Source: Desulfurococcaceae archaeon
Lineage (GTDB): Archaea; Thermoproteota; Thermoprotei_A; Sulfolobales; Desulfurococcaceae
NCBI GenBank assembly: GCA_038816475.1
Contig: JAWBAI010000001.1
Location: forward strand, 1-64,000
Direction: 5' to 3'
Length of the DNA stretch: 64,000 bases
Shown here: piece after piece, positions 19,004-28,820 of the stretch
Layout of the letters: every line of letters starts with the position of its first letter
Numbering within the stretch: the stretch's first letter is position 1
Translations under genes and position numbers: made by a program
Notes under the pieces: generated by a model
The model's input: the letters and a program-made list of their open reading frames with translations, nothing else
Database searches by the model: none
Told to the model about the DNA's origin: nothing

Positions 19004-19063
19004 AGTCAGCTACCCCAGGGAACGTCATTGACGTCTCTTGTTTGGCATGACTTTCATCATCAA
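19004..19063 (-). ncRNA. Box C/D guide sRNA candidate
   Basis: Perfect box C AUGAUGA (19060-19054) and box D CUGA (19009-19006), 55 nt apart end to end. D guide is UUCCCUGGGGUAG. TATA-like TTTAATTA lies about 25 nt upstream. C'/D' are degenerate. Confidence 0.75.
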
Positions 19064-19186
19064 GACAAGAGTAATGCTTTTGGAGTAATTAAATGCAACT
19101 TTGTGCGTTGAAGAAGAGTGTTCTATCAATAACAATAAAATATTAATAGTTTAATTTAATAATAAATGTGGCTGTTTACTGCTAGG

Positions 19187-20341
19187 CTAGTCTATACTTA
19201 GTGTTCCGTACTGTTTGTTCCACTCTTTGTAGGCTTCTATGAGTGATGGGTTAATGCTTGGTTTATGTCTGTTGATGACTTCTATGAAGTCCTCTGTGGA
19301 TATTGGCCTATTTTCTGGTTTAAGCTTTTTCTCATTGATCTCTTCAACGATGTTGTTTTGAACCTCCTTGATTATGGAGACTATATCGGCTGGACTGTAA
19401 TTCTCGGTTAACTTAGCTAGTAAGTCGAAGTCTATCTTACCAAGCTTAAAGATGCTTGCTAGCTTTGTCACGTAGAACTCGAACACGTTTCTTCTAACTT
19501 CGATCGTGGGTGGTGGAACATATATTCTTCTCTCAAATCTTCGTATAAACCCTATATCGAGGTTCCAGGGTTTGTTGGTTGTGCCAATGACGAATAATGG
19601 AAGCTTCTGGTACTCCTTGCTGGTTAATCCATCCATCTCGATTAGGAACTGGTTTCTAGCTCTCTTCTCGCCGCCGACTTCAACACCATACTGCTGGAAG
19701 AGAGCGTCCACCTCGTCAATGAATATTATAACTGGGATGTTCTTTAAGGCGTACTCGCGTGCGGTTTCAAACAACTTTTTTACGTTCTTCTCAGCATCGC
19801 CCAACCACTTGCTCATGATGTTAGCAGGAGTAACGTTAATTAGGACGGCGTTTATTTCGTTGGCCAAAGCAACTCCAAGCTCTGTTTTTCCGCATCCCGG
19901 GGGTCCAAAGAGGAGTATAGCCTTGGGCCAGCCCAATGGGTAAAGCTCCGGTGTTTTCACTGGGTAAACAACAGCTCTTTTTAAAGCTCTCTTAACCTCC
20001 TCCAGGTCTACTAGGTCGTCGAAGGTTTTTCTAGACCTGTTCTCCGGAAGAAGAACTTCGAAGGATGAAGCATCAGGCTCACTCGTTTGTCCGGGAGGAG
20101 TTTTTGCTGATCGCTCAAGGTATTTCTCTAGCGTGGATACTCTGTTCTTGTACTTTGCTATGAGCTCCTTATAGAAGTCAGCCAACGGAGTATCAGGGTA
20201 CAGTGTTAAGTACTTTGTGAAAAAATCTATCGCTGTTTTGTAATATTTTATTGCAGTCTCGTAGTCTCCGGACTTATCAGCTGCTATGGCTCTTCTAGCG
20301 TATTCAATGCCCATGTCAGCTAAGTAGTACATGCTTCGCAA
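19187..20341 (-). CDS. cdvC: Cell division AAA+ ATPase CdvC (Vps4)
   Basis: N-terminal MIT domain (YARRAIAADKSGDYETAIKYYK), YPLGWP, GPPGCGKT, IMSKWLG, FIDEVD, TNKPW and FIRRFERRIY motifs. Confidence 0.96.
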   Translation of the reverse strand: MRSMYYLADMGIEYARRAIAADKSGDYETAIKYYKTAIDFFTKYLTLYPDTPLADFYKELIAKYKNRVSTLEKYLERSAKTPPGQTSEPDASSFEVLLPENRSRKTFDDLVDLEEVKRALKRAVVYPVKTPELYPLGWPKAILLFGPPGCGKTELGVALANEINAVLINVTPANIMSKWLGDAEKNVKKLFETAREYALKNIPVIIFIDEVDALFQQYGVEVGGEKRARNQFLIEMDGLTSKEYQKLPLFVIGTTNKPWNLDIGFIRRFERRIYVPPPTIEVRRNVFEFYVTKLASIFKLGKIDFDLLAKLTENYSPADIVSIIKEVQNNIVEEINEKKLKPENRPISTEDFIEVINRHKPSINPSLIEAYKEWNKQYGTLSID

Positions 20342-20371
20342 TAGTAGCTCACCAGTCGGCGTGTTCTAAGC

Positions 20372-21238
20372 CTACTTTCTCCTAACCTTTACAACGTTCT
20401 TCGACTCAAGAGACCTAAGGGCTTCCAGCACCAGTGCTCGAGGAACACCGTACTTCTTTTCAAAGGCAGAGAGGTCTAGTATTCCTGCCGTCTGCTTAAG
20501 TTCTAGTAGAATCCACTGTTCTACGACGTTCAGAGGCACGTTCACCTCCTGCTTGATGATCGGTGCAGTAGGTGCGCTCTGTATTATGCTTTGTTTAGTG
20601 AGGGGTTTACTCGGGGGTTGCAGAGACTCGTATTCCTGGATGAGTTGTACTGTTGTTTTATTGTTCATCTGAGCGGATTTCTCGGGTACAGGGGAGACTT
20701 GGTGTTGTTTTTGAACCTGTTGATCATGTGCTGAGGTTGATGGAAGAGCACTGTACAATGTGGGTGTGTTCATGGAGGACATGGCAAGGAGCCCAGCAAC
20801 TTTTTGTTCGAGAGTTCTAATCTGGCTTAGTAGCTGTGGATTAATCTTTTCGATTACTGGTTCAACGCTTCTAAGCTCTTCTAATACCTCGGGTAGGACT
20901 TTAAGCGGTTCCTCGACATAAAACAGTGTTTCCAGTCTGTACTTAACCCTCATTAGATCGTATATGGATTTTGTCATCAAGTTCAGGTAACCATGTATGT
21001 TTCTAGTTTCTTCTTCGAGAATTTTTGTGAACTCCTTGTCTCCATCGGAAGCTTTGATCCTCTTTTTGTGCTCCTCGGCAACTGTTTCCAGGCTTTTCTT
21101 TGTAACTTCGAGAGATCTAAGGATTTTATCAATTGTATTAATAGAGTACACTATTTCACGCTTCAAGGGGTCTTTAGCTCTAAAGATCGACAGAAATCTC
21201 CCAAGTACACCAGTTCCAGTGGCTATGGACATATCCAT
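20372..21238 (-). CDS. cdvB: ESCRT-III/Snf7 protein CdvB with C-terminal winged helix
   Basis: Helical Snf7-like core with RVKYRLETL, a Pro/Gln-rich linker and a C-terminal wH-like domain (GILDLSAFEKKYGVPRALVLEALRSL). Directly upstream of cdvC. Confidence 0.85.
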   Translation of the reverse strand: MDMSIATGTGVLGRFLSIFRAKDPLKREIVYSINTIDKILRSLEVTKKSLETVAEEHKKRIKASDGDKEFTKILEEETRNIHGYLNLMTKSIYDLMRVKYRLETLFYVEEPLKVLPEVLEELRSVEPVIEKINPQLLSQIRTLEQKVAGLLAMSSMNTPTLYSALPSTSAHDQQVQKQHQVSPVPEKSAQMNNKTTVQLIQEYESLQPPSKPLTKQSIIQSAPTAPIIKQEVNVPLNVVEQWILLELKQTAGILDLSAFEKKYGVPRALVLEALRSLESKNVVKVRRK

Positions 21239-21375
21239 GCACCGTTCACTTACTAAATGCCAAGTATTACAGCTTTTAAGGAGGGGAGACGGTATTACGT
21301 GTTTCTTGGTGCTTTCAATGAGCTTTCTTTAACTTAATAATGCGGTTTCGCAGTTATGTATCCAAGGTGTAAGGA

Positions 21376-22575
21376 TTGCTCTTGAACGGAATAAGAGTGC
21401 TTGACCTAAGCCACACGTTGGCTGGACCTTTCGCTACAATGATACTGGCCGATCTTGGCGCAGATGTGATCAAGGTTGAACCAATACATGGTGATGAAAC
21501 GAGAAGCTGGGCACCCTTCGTCAACGAGGAGAGCGCTTACTATCTCTCGATAAACAGAGGTAAGAGGAGTATAGTCGTAAACCTGAAGGATGAACGTGGA
21601 AGGGAAATAGTCTACAGGCTTGCCAGCAGATCGCACATGTTCTTCGAGAACTTTAGACCTGGTGTACCCGAGAAGCTGGGTGTGGATTACGAAACAATAT
21701 CAAAAATCAACAAGGAAATTATCTACGTGAGTATCAAGGGGTTTAGGCAAGGAAGCATTTATGAGCAGAAGCCAGCGTACGACCTGGTAATACAGGCAAT
21801 GTCCGGCTTAATGCTGAGCACAGGGGAGGAAAATCAACCCCCCGTAAGAGTCAGTTTTGCGTTGTTCGATGTTATGACCGGCATGCTTGCTGTAATATAT
21901 GCTCTCTCTGCTCTCAATTCAGGTACAAAACCCGTCAAAATAGAGGTTCCCATGTACGATGTAGCAATATTTTCCATGTGCTATATCCCGATGATATACC
22001 TAGCTACCGGTAAAAAACCAGCGAGAATGGGCCATGCTCATCCATCAATGGTACCGTACCAGGCCTTCAGAGACTCCAATGGAAAGTGGTTCGTAGTTGC
22101 AGCAGCTAACGATAGGCTGTGGAAATCACTGTGTGAGGCTCTAAATCTCAAGGAACTTGCTGAAAACCCGTTGTTTATAACTAATGCTGATAGAGTTGTA
22201 AACAGGGATAAGCTAATTCCGATACTAGAAGAAGTCTTCAGAAAGAATACACGCGAGTACTGGATTCGGTTGCTTGAGAAGTATGGTGTTCCGGCTGCCC
22301 CGGTCTATGAAGTAGATGAGGTGTTTAACGATCCCTACGTAGTCTCCGAGTCGGTAGTTGTAGAGCTCGATCACCCCAAGCTAAAACGGGTTCCACAGCT
22401 TAGAGAACCCGGATTAGTGAACAGTACAAGGTTTATGAGTAGCAGGCATCCGCCAATGCTCGGTGAGCACACGGTTGAAGTACTAAGAGAACTAGGTTAT
22501 ACAGATGAGGAAATAACCAGGCTGAGAAAGGAAAACGTAGTATACTATCCAGAGCAGAAGACCGGTGGAACGTAG
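21376..22575 (+). CDS. CoA-transferase family III (CaiB/BaiF)
   Basis: LDLSHTLAGPFATMILADLGADVIKVE, NRGKRS, ENFRPG, YDLVIQAMSG and PMLGEHT motifs. Confidence 0.95.
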   Translation: MLLNGIRVLDLSHTLAGPFATMILADLGADVIKVEPIHGDETRSWAPFVNEESAYYLSINRGKRSIVVNLKDERGREIVYRLASRSHMFFENFRPGVPEKLGVDYETISKINKEIIYVSIKGFRQGSIYEQKPAYDLVIQAMSGLMLSTGEENQPPVRVSFALFDVMTGMLAVIYALSALNSGTKPVKIEVPMYDVAIFSMCYIPMIYLATGKKPARMGHAHPSMVPYQAFRDSNGKWFVVAAANDRLWKSLCEALNLKELAENPLFITNADRVVNRDKLIPILEEVFRKNTREYWIRLLEKYGVPAAPVYEVDEVFNDPYVVSESVVVELDHPKLKRVPQLREPGLVNSTRFMSSRHPPMLGEHTVEVLRELGYTDEEITRLRKENVVYYPEQKTGGT

Positions 22576-24076
22576 CATGGTCGTTAAGCTCGCTGTTGGG
22601 GAAAAAGGTGTAGTATCTGATCACCCGCTAGCAACACTGGTAGGAGTAAATGTACTTAAGAACGGTGGAAACGCGTTTGATGCAACTATAGCGGTGAGCG
22701 CTGTTCTGTCCGTTGTTCAACCACATATGGGTGGACCTGGAGGAGACGCGTTTCTCTTCGGATTCATCGGGGATGAAGTAGTTGCATATGCGTCATCAGG
22801 ACGCTCGCCGAGTGGGTTTAATGCCGAAGAGTATCTTAGGTATAAGCCCTCGCGAGGACCTTTGACAGTAACGGTACCTGGTCTTGTTAAGCTTTGGGGT
22901 GAAATCTATGAAAAGTACGCATCTAAACCTCTGGAGATTCTCCTAGAGCCAGCTATCAAGCTTGCATACCAAGGGTTCCTGGTAGGATGGTCCTTGAGTA
23001 GATCCTCCCAGCAAATGGAAGAAGAGCTCTCCAGTTATAGGTGGTCTAAGTACTTCAAAGGGTTAAAGCTAGGAGTTCTCTATAGAAATATCGATATGGC
23101 TCAAACCTTAAGGTTGATTGCTACACGTGGATGCGATGAATTCTACTATGGTGAATTAGCTGAAATGGTTGTTTCTGAACTCATGGAGCAGGGCGTTAAC
23201 ATAGGGTTAGACGACTTGATGGAACACGAAAGCTACGAGGTAACTCCATTAAAGTACGAAGTGGATAACAAAACACTCTACGAGTTACCACCCAACACTC
23301 AGGGCTTATCCACTCTACAGCTCATTAGTGCGCTCTACGAGTTAGAGTTATTTAAAGATCCGTTTGATTCACCAGTTAGAATAATCAAGTGGAAAGAGCC
23401 TACAGTAAATGTATATTTATTCAGGGATTTGAATCTGGGAGACCCGGATTACATGACAATAGACCCACAAGACTATGTCAGCTACAGTTCTATTACGAAG
23501 CAACTTAAGAACACCACTCCTCGTGGTAACCTTGCAGAAGGTGAAACGACATTCTTTATAGTATCAGATGGAAACTCCATTGTAGGCTTTATTCAAAGTC
23601 TATTCTACCCATTCGGCTCCGGCTTAGTGGTACGAGGATTCCCGGTTCAGAATAGGGGGGTAGGTTTTGCAAAGACAGAGAACTTGCCTAATAGTCCAGC
23701 ACCGAGAAAACGACCTTTGCACACGCTGTCTATTCTGGGAGTTGACCTAGGTGAGGAGAAGTACATTATTGGATGCGTTGGAGGGGATCTTAGGCCACAG
23801 TTGCATTTGAGGGTTTACGAGAACGTATTCGTGTATGGTATGCATCCAGCGAAAGCTGTAAATATGCCGAGGTTTATCTACACAAGAACTAGTGAACCAG
23901 TTGAAGTCGTCGTGGAGGAACCGTTAAAGCAACCAGCAATTAGCAATTCTCTCGTGGCGCGAAAAGTCGGGTACTTTGAGCTACCAGGGCATGTACATGT
24001 AGGTGTACTGAAAAAGGACAAAAGACTAGAACTCGCGTGCGACGCAAGGAGTGAAGGTGTAGCGCAAGCTGTTTAG
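22565..24076 (+). CDS. ggt: Gamma-glutamyltransferase family protein
   Basis: GGNAFDA, GPGGDAF, TVPG, PPNTQG, autoproteolytic ETT site, FGSG, QNRG and KRPLHTL motifs. Confidence 0.93.
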   Translation: MERSMVVKLAVGEKGVVSDHPLATLVGVNVLKNGGNAFDATIAVSAVLSVVQPHMGGPGGDAFLFGFIGDEVVAYASSGRSPSGFNAEEYLRYKPSRGPLTVTVPGLVKLWGEIYEKYASKPLEILLEPAIKLAYQGFLVGWSLSRSSQQMEEELSSYRWSKYFKGLKLGVLYRNIDMAQTLRLIATRGCDEFYYGELAEMVVSELMEQGVNIGLDDLMEHESYEVTPLKYEVDNKTLYELPPNTQGLSTLQLISALYELELFKDPFDSPVRIIKWKEPTVNVYLFRDLNLGDPDYMTIDPQDYVSYSSITKQLKNTTPRGNLAEGETTFFIVSDGNSIVGFIQSLFYPFGSGLVVRGFPVQNRGVGFAKTENLPNSPAPRKRPLHTLSILGVDLGEEKYIIGCVGGDLRPQLHLRVYENVFVYGMHPAKAVNMPRFIYTRTSEPVEVVVEEPLKQPAISNSLVARKVGYFELPGHVHVGVLKKDKRLELACDARSEGVAQAV

Positions 24077-24089
24077 TGGTGTTATCAAC

Positions 24090-24203
24090 TTGGAAAACGA
24101 GGTTTACTTCTGGATCACGGTTTTTTATCCATTAGCAGTATCGGTCACAGCTATAATCTTGTACATACTGAAAAAGCTCTCGGGTAGAAAGAGGCCTAGA
24201 TGA
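24090..24203 (+). CDS. Putative 37-aa single-pass membrane microprotein (not in ORF track)
   Basis: TTG start after GGTG. Translation MENEVYFWITVFYPLAVSVTAIILYILKKLSGRKRPR has an acidic N-terminus, about 22 hydrophobic residues and a basic tail. It fills the intergenic gap. Confidence 0.6.
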   Translation: MENEVYFWITVFYPLAVSVTAIILYILKKLSGRKRPR

Positions 24204-25137
24204 TTGCTTTGTAAAACGTTGTTCCTCCCCAGTGGATCAGCACGATTTTTCTCCTGGAGATCAGGTTGTTTAAAGCTATAACTCCGAGGTCTCCGTATGT
24301 AAATTTAACCTCTTCATATCTTAACGCTATTCTGAGAACGTGGTTGTACAAGCTCGTGTACACATTGTTCCACTCGAAGGGAGACTCTGGAATCAGAGTT
24401 GTTTCAGGAACAGCTCTGATACCTTTACTCTCTAGTTCCTCAACGACTTTTTCTATGTAGCTAGGTGAAGGCGGTTTTATTGAATGACCAGGCGACGGTC
24501 TTTCAGCAGGTTTTACAACGACTTCCTCGAAACCCGCACGGGATAAGTGAACGAGAGTTTCAGATAAGTGATCTAGGGAAGGGTAGTGCTCTGACCCTAT
24601 TCTAAATATGAACAATTCTGGAACAATCTTTCCTTTTTCAAGCTTACTCAGGTGTTTAAGTGATTCAAGGTAATCAGCGAAGCTTCTGCTGGTGACCCAT
24701 CCAAGAGCTCGCCTGTCTTCACCGTACCATATGTACGGTACATTGATACTACTCACGGTACTCAGTATTTTCTCAACGCTTCTTGCATACACTAGGCTTG
24801 AGTGAAGCACTATTTTTGCATCTATACCTTCATCACGTAGTAAACCAGCTACCTTGCTAATAACATCGTCCACGTTTTCTATTAGGAGCGGATCCCCAAA
24901 CCCCCAAATCATAACTGTGTTTATGCGTACATTTCTAGGTTTGTTTTCCTCCAGGTCTTTGAGAAGCTTACTTACCAAGGGTGAAGGAGTGCTCAGTTTA
25001 TTCAGGTGTATTTTGGTTCCTCCAAGAGGACATATCACGCAATCAACTGGGCATTTTTTAGGTGGAAGAAGAGGATCCAGCATTACGGTGCATCCATGAA
25101 GGTTACTTACATATGCACCGTATGTGTATGTAATCAA
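24196..25137 (-). CDS. Radical SAM protein, divergent (COG0731-like)
   Basis: KKCPVDCVICP (CxxxCxxC) and GFGDPLL in place of GGEP. Confidence 0.7.
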   Translation of the reverse strand: MITYTYGAYVSNLHGCTVMLDPLLPPKKCPVDCVICPLGGTKIHLNKLSTPSPLVSKLLKDLEENKPRNVRINTVMIWGFGDPLLIENVDDVISKVAGLLRDEGIDAKIVLHSSLVYARSVEKILSTVSSINVPYIWYGEDRRALGWVTSRSFADYLESLKHLSKLEKGKIVPELFIFRIGSEHYPSLDHLSETLVHLSRAGFEEVVVKPAERPSPGHSIKPPSPSYIEKVVEELESKGIRAVPETTLIPESPFEWNNVYTSLYNHVLRIALRYEEVKFTYGDLGVIALNNLISRRKIVLIHWGGTTFYKAII

Positions 25138-25143
25138 GGTCCT

Positions 25144-26364
25144 CTACCTCCGCTCTAGTACAGCTATGAAAAAGCCTTGTCCGTTAACTACATGTGGATT
25201 CAACCTAGTAACAAGCTTTGATACGGCATATCCTCTATAACCATCATTCCCGTAGGGTAGTGATACCTTCGAAAGCTCAAAATCCTTTAGTTTACCTAGT
25301 ATCTGTGAAACGACTTCTTCTCCCTCGCGTGGATGCACACTACACACGGCGTACACTATCCTCTCGGCATACTTTGCCGAGGCCTTTAGAAGAGACAACT
25401 GAACCTTACTCATCTTTTTTACTAAGCGCTTTGATAAGTACACTTTTACTGCTGGATTCGAGTATACAGAACCACTATTACTGCACGGTGCGTCTATGAA
25501 CACTGTTGCTCTTTTAGTATTAAGCATTAGTGTTCTCGAGTCGCTGTTTACAATTATAACCGTTGGTATAATACCCGCGATTCTTTCCAGTTGAATGGGG
25601 ATGTAGCCTGTTCTCGCCTCGGATATATCTACTGCTATTATTCTGGAGTAGACTTTCTCATTAGCTATTTCTGATAGTTTCAACCCAGGTGCACTACAGG
25701 CGTCTACAAGGTCTTCTCCGTAAGCTTTAAGAAGCTGGACGATAATAAAAGAGCTTATGTCTTGAGGTATTACCTCACCACGAGTTATGCATGGTATGTT
25801 GCCTAGCTTTTTAAATGGGTCTTTTATCTGGAGCACATTCTCGAACAAAGGATGCTTTTGAGTGGTTATACCGAATTCCTCAAGACACGCAATCGCGTCT
25901 TCAAGGGTTGTTTTATGTGTATTAACGATAAGCCATCTCTTCCTAGTATTAAGGCTACTAAGCATGCTCTCCAGTTCATCTACTGGCATTCTACCGTGTA
26001 GATCACTTACAAACCATGGAGGATAACCGTGAAGTAGTGCTATTCTGCTTTGAATTGGAAGATGCTTTGTTATATCGTTGAGTTCGTCCAAGATGCGCTG
26101 CACATTAAAACCATACCGATAGAGGATCTCTACTATTTGCGAGGACCTCGGTTTATACCCCTTAAAACCAGCCAGAAACCTTATACTATGGTAGTATATT
26201 AGTACTCTGTAAGCGAGTTTATACAGCTGGTTAGCTTCCCAGCTCTTTAATCTGTGCCTTTTAACAATATCGCTAAAAGCTTTCTCGAAGCTTACCTTAC
26301 TCGATTGTATAATCTCAAGGAGAAAACCTATGTAAAGCTTTGCTTTAAGCGGGTTCACGTTCAC
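25144..26364 (-). CDS. RsmB/NOL1/NOP2/Sun RNA m5C methyltransferase
   Basis: QDISS, DACSAPGLK, IDAPCSNSG and YAVCSVHPREGE motifs. Confidence 0.92.
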   Translation of the reverse strand: MNVNPLKAKLYIGFLLEIIQSSKVSFEKAFSDIVKRHRLKSWEANQLYKLAYRVLIYYHSIRFLAGFKGYKPRSSQIVEILYRYGFNVQRILDELNDITKHLPIQSRIALLHGYPPWFVSDLHGRMPVDELESMLSSLNTRKRWLIVNTHKTTLEDAIACLEEFGITTQKHPLFENVLQIKDPFKKLGNIPCITRGEVIPQDISSFIIVQLLKAYGEDLVDACSAPGLKLSEIANEKVYSRIIAVDISEARTGYIPIQLERIAGIIPTVIIVNSDSRTLMLNTKRATVFIDAPCSNSGSVYSNPAVKVYLSKRLVKKMSKVQLSLLKASAKYAERIVYAVCSVHPREGEEVVSQILGKLKDFELSKVSLPYGNDGYRGYAVSKLVTRLNPHVVNGQGFFIAVLERR

Positions 26365-26377
26365 GTGAGACTAAACC

Positions 26378-27922
26378 CTAGAATGGTATCTCAGCAACCC
26401 TAACATCCTTCCCTGACGTCTTCCTCGTGAAATAGGGTAGTCCTTTGTACTTTATCCCACCGAGAACTCTTAAATCACGGGTGAACAGTAGTCTTATATC
26501 GTCTAGTCCTAGAATAACCATTGCGAGTCTATCAACACCTATTCCCCAGGCAGCAGCGTTGTACCCTTCAGCTCCAAGAATTTTCATAACCTCTGGTCTA
26601 AACATACCCCCTGGAAACACCTCTATCCAGCCGAGCTTGGGATGCTTTATGTATCCTTCCACGCTCGGCTCCGTGAACGGGAAGTATCCTGGTTTAAACC
26701 AAACCTCCTTGATACCTAATGCAGCTGCTAACTCCTTGAAGAAGTAGAGCAGGTGCTTAAAGTTGACATTCTTACCAACCATTACACCATCCAGCTGGTA
26801 GAACTCCATACTATGCTTTGCATCAAGATTCTCGGGGCGGAAATTCCGGTCTATCGTGAATACTCTGTATTCACCACCACCACGCTGATATATAGCTCTC
26901 GCTGTAACAGCTGTTGTCTGAGTCCTAAGAACAAGCCTCAAGGCTCTTTCAGCACTCCACTCGTACCTCCATCCTTCTTCGTGCACACGTTTAACACGCT
27001 CGAGTAAACTCCATTCGGGCCTCGCTCTAAGTGGTGTTTTTAAGAAGAAAGTATCATGTATTTCCCTGGCTGGATGATCTTGTGCTTGGAATAGAACATC
27101 AAAGTTCCACAACTCGGACTCTACGTGAGGTCCTTTCACTTCCTCGAAACCCATGCTCACGAGAATACTTCGTAGGTCATCAATGAACTGCATAAAAGGA
27201 TGCTTTCTCGAAATATAGGGAGCGTAAGGTTCTACAGTCAAGTCAAACTCCTTGATGATGTATTGGTCTAAGTAGGGAGCATGCTCCGGTTTAACAACGG
27301 TTAGCAACGTTTTTTCTCTTATTAGGTCTTTACTCCAGTAAATTCTGAGATTATCAGCTGGTTTTACAATTACTACCGTGCGTTCTCTAGTTTCCACAAG
27401 CTTCCTTTTCCTTAACACTGTAATAGTGTCCTCAGGAACAGGCTTTCCTTCTTGAACAGCGATCAGCAATTCCTTAAGCTTATCAACGGTTTTCAGCAGT
27501 TCAAAACACTTGTCGTCAATAACTGCACTTATAGCTCCTTTTGAGATAAGTACACAGCCTTCTTTGATAAGGTACTGTAACCCTACTTCAACTTCGCTTT
27601 TTGGTATTTGTGTTTCTTTTTCTGCACACTCGAGGAAGCTTTTAATATCTTGATGCGGGCATTTGGAGAGCGCTTTGTACGCAGCTTCCTCTGGAAACAT
27701 TTTCTCGAGGTACAATTTGCCTATTTCACTCAAAACGTGGTACCGTTGTCTAGCTCTACTGGTTACTATGAGTTCTTTGAGCTCTAGCTCTGCGAGGTCT
27801 CTCATAATGTCTTCTCGTTTAAGGTGCAGTAAGTTTGCAATTTCATCTATGCTCAGGGCATCACTACTAGCGACAAGCCTTAAGATACTATACTGTCTTG
27901 GAGTAACGTAGATGTAGTTCAA
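26378..27922 (-). CDS. pheS: Phenylalanine--tRNA ligase alpha subunit
   Basis: WNFDVLFQAQDHPAREIHDTF, LRTQTT, HSMEFYQLDG, YFPFTEPS and AWGIGVDRL motifs. Confidence 0.98.
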   Translation of the reverse strand: MNYIYVTPRQYSILRLVASSDALSIDEIANLLHLKREDIMRDLAELELKELIVTSRARQRYHVLSEIGKLYLEKMFPEEAAYKALSKCPHQDIKSFLECAEKETQIPKSEVEVGLQYLIKEGCVLISKGAISAVIDDKCFELLKTVDKLKELLIAVQEGKPVPEDTITVLRKRKLVETRERTVVIVKPADNLRIYWSKDLIREKTLLTVVKPEHAPYLDQYIIKEFDLTVEPYAPYISRKHPFMQFIDDLRSILVSMGFEEVKGPHVESELWNFDVLFQAQDHPAREIHDTFFLKTPLRARPEWSLLERVKRVHEEGWRYEWSAERALRLVLRTQTTAVTARAIYQRGGGEYRVFTIDRNFRPENLDAKHSMEFYQLDGVMVGKNVNFKHLLYFFKELAAALGIKEVWFKPGYFPFTEPSVEGYIKHPKLGWIEVFPGGMFRPEVMKILGAEGYNAAAWGIGVDRLAMVILGLDDIRLLFTRDLRVLGGIKYKGLPYFTRKTSGKDVRVAEIPF

Positions 27923-28001
27923 CAGCTTCCCCAGCTTCTAGCTTAATTTCATCTATACGAGAATTAAGGTAAATCACGTATTAAAGCTAAAAGTCGCGCT
28001 A

Positions 28002-28820
28002 TCATGCGTTCTCGGATAACTTTCTGTAGCTTAGAATCAGCATTTTCACATACTCGGATCTGGGGGATTCTAATATGCTCCAGAAGGGGCCATCATCCTC
28101 TATTCTACCGTTCTTGATAACTATTACTCTGTCAGCTAAGTACTGTGCTACGGATAGATCATGAGTAACGGTGATCATGGCTATTCCAAGCGTCGAGTGG
28201 ATTTCGTTCAGGAGGTTTATGATCTGAGCTTGTATTGATACATCCAGCGCGGATGTAGGCTCATCGAGTATAAGTAGGTGTGGTTTGTGGACAAGTGCAC
28301 GTGCTATGAGAACACGTTGTTTCATACCACCGCTTAGCTCGTCTGGGACTTTGCTGAGAACGTTCTTTGGAAGTCTTACTAGTTCAAGAGACACCTCGAT
28401 CCTTCTTTTAATCTCCTTGCCATCTAACTTAAGAGCTTCTAGTGGTTCAGCTAGTATCTGCTCTATACTCAGAGTGGGATTCAGTGCTCTGTAAGGGTCT
28501 TGCGGTACGTAACCGATCCTCCTAGTTAATTCAACGCGTTTTCTCCACGGTAACCTGTAGATAGGAACTCCGAAAACAAGCACTTCTCCTTTAAAGGGTT
28601 TAAGTAAGCCGAGTGCGACCTTTATGAGCGTAGTTTTCCCTGATCCACTTTCCCCAACTACGGCTACCCGCTCACCACTATGCAGTTTAAAGCTAACATC
28701 GTGGAGAACTATGAGCGGTTTCTTGAACAGCGATCTAAGTCCATTTCCTACCACCATGTAGCCTGCAACCACGTTTCTGAACTCGAGTATAGGTGGTGTT
28801 TCAGGTTCACCGCTTACCAT
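28002..28820 (-). CDS. Peptide ABC transporter ATP-binding protein (OppF-like)
   Basis: GESGSGKT, LSGGMKQR and LDEPTSALD motifs. ATG near 28820 overlaps the upstream gene end. Confidence 0.92.
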   Translation of the reverse strand: MVSGEPETPPILEFRNVVAGYMVVGNGLRSLFKKPLIVLHDVSFKLHSGERVAVVGESGSGKTTLIKVALGLLKPFKGEVLVFGVPIYRLPWRKRVELTRRIGYVPQDPYRALNPTLSIEQILAEPLEALKLDGKEIKRRIEVSLELVRLPKNVLSKVPDELSGGMKQRVLIARALVHKPHLLILDEPTSALDVSIQAQIINLLNEIHSTLGIAMITVTHDLSVAQYLADRVIVIKNGRIEDDGPFWSILESPRSEYVKMLILSYRKLSENA

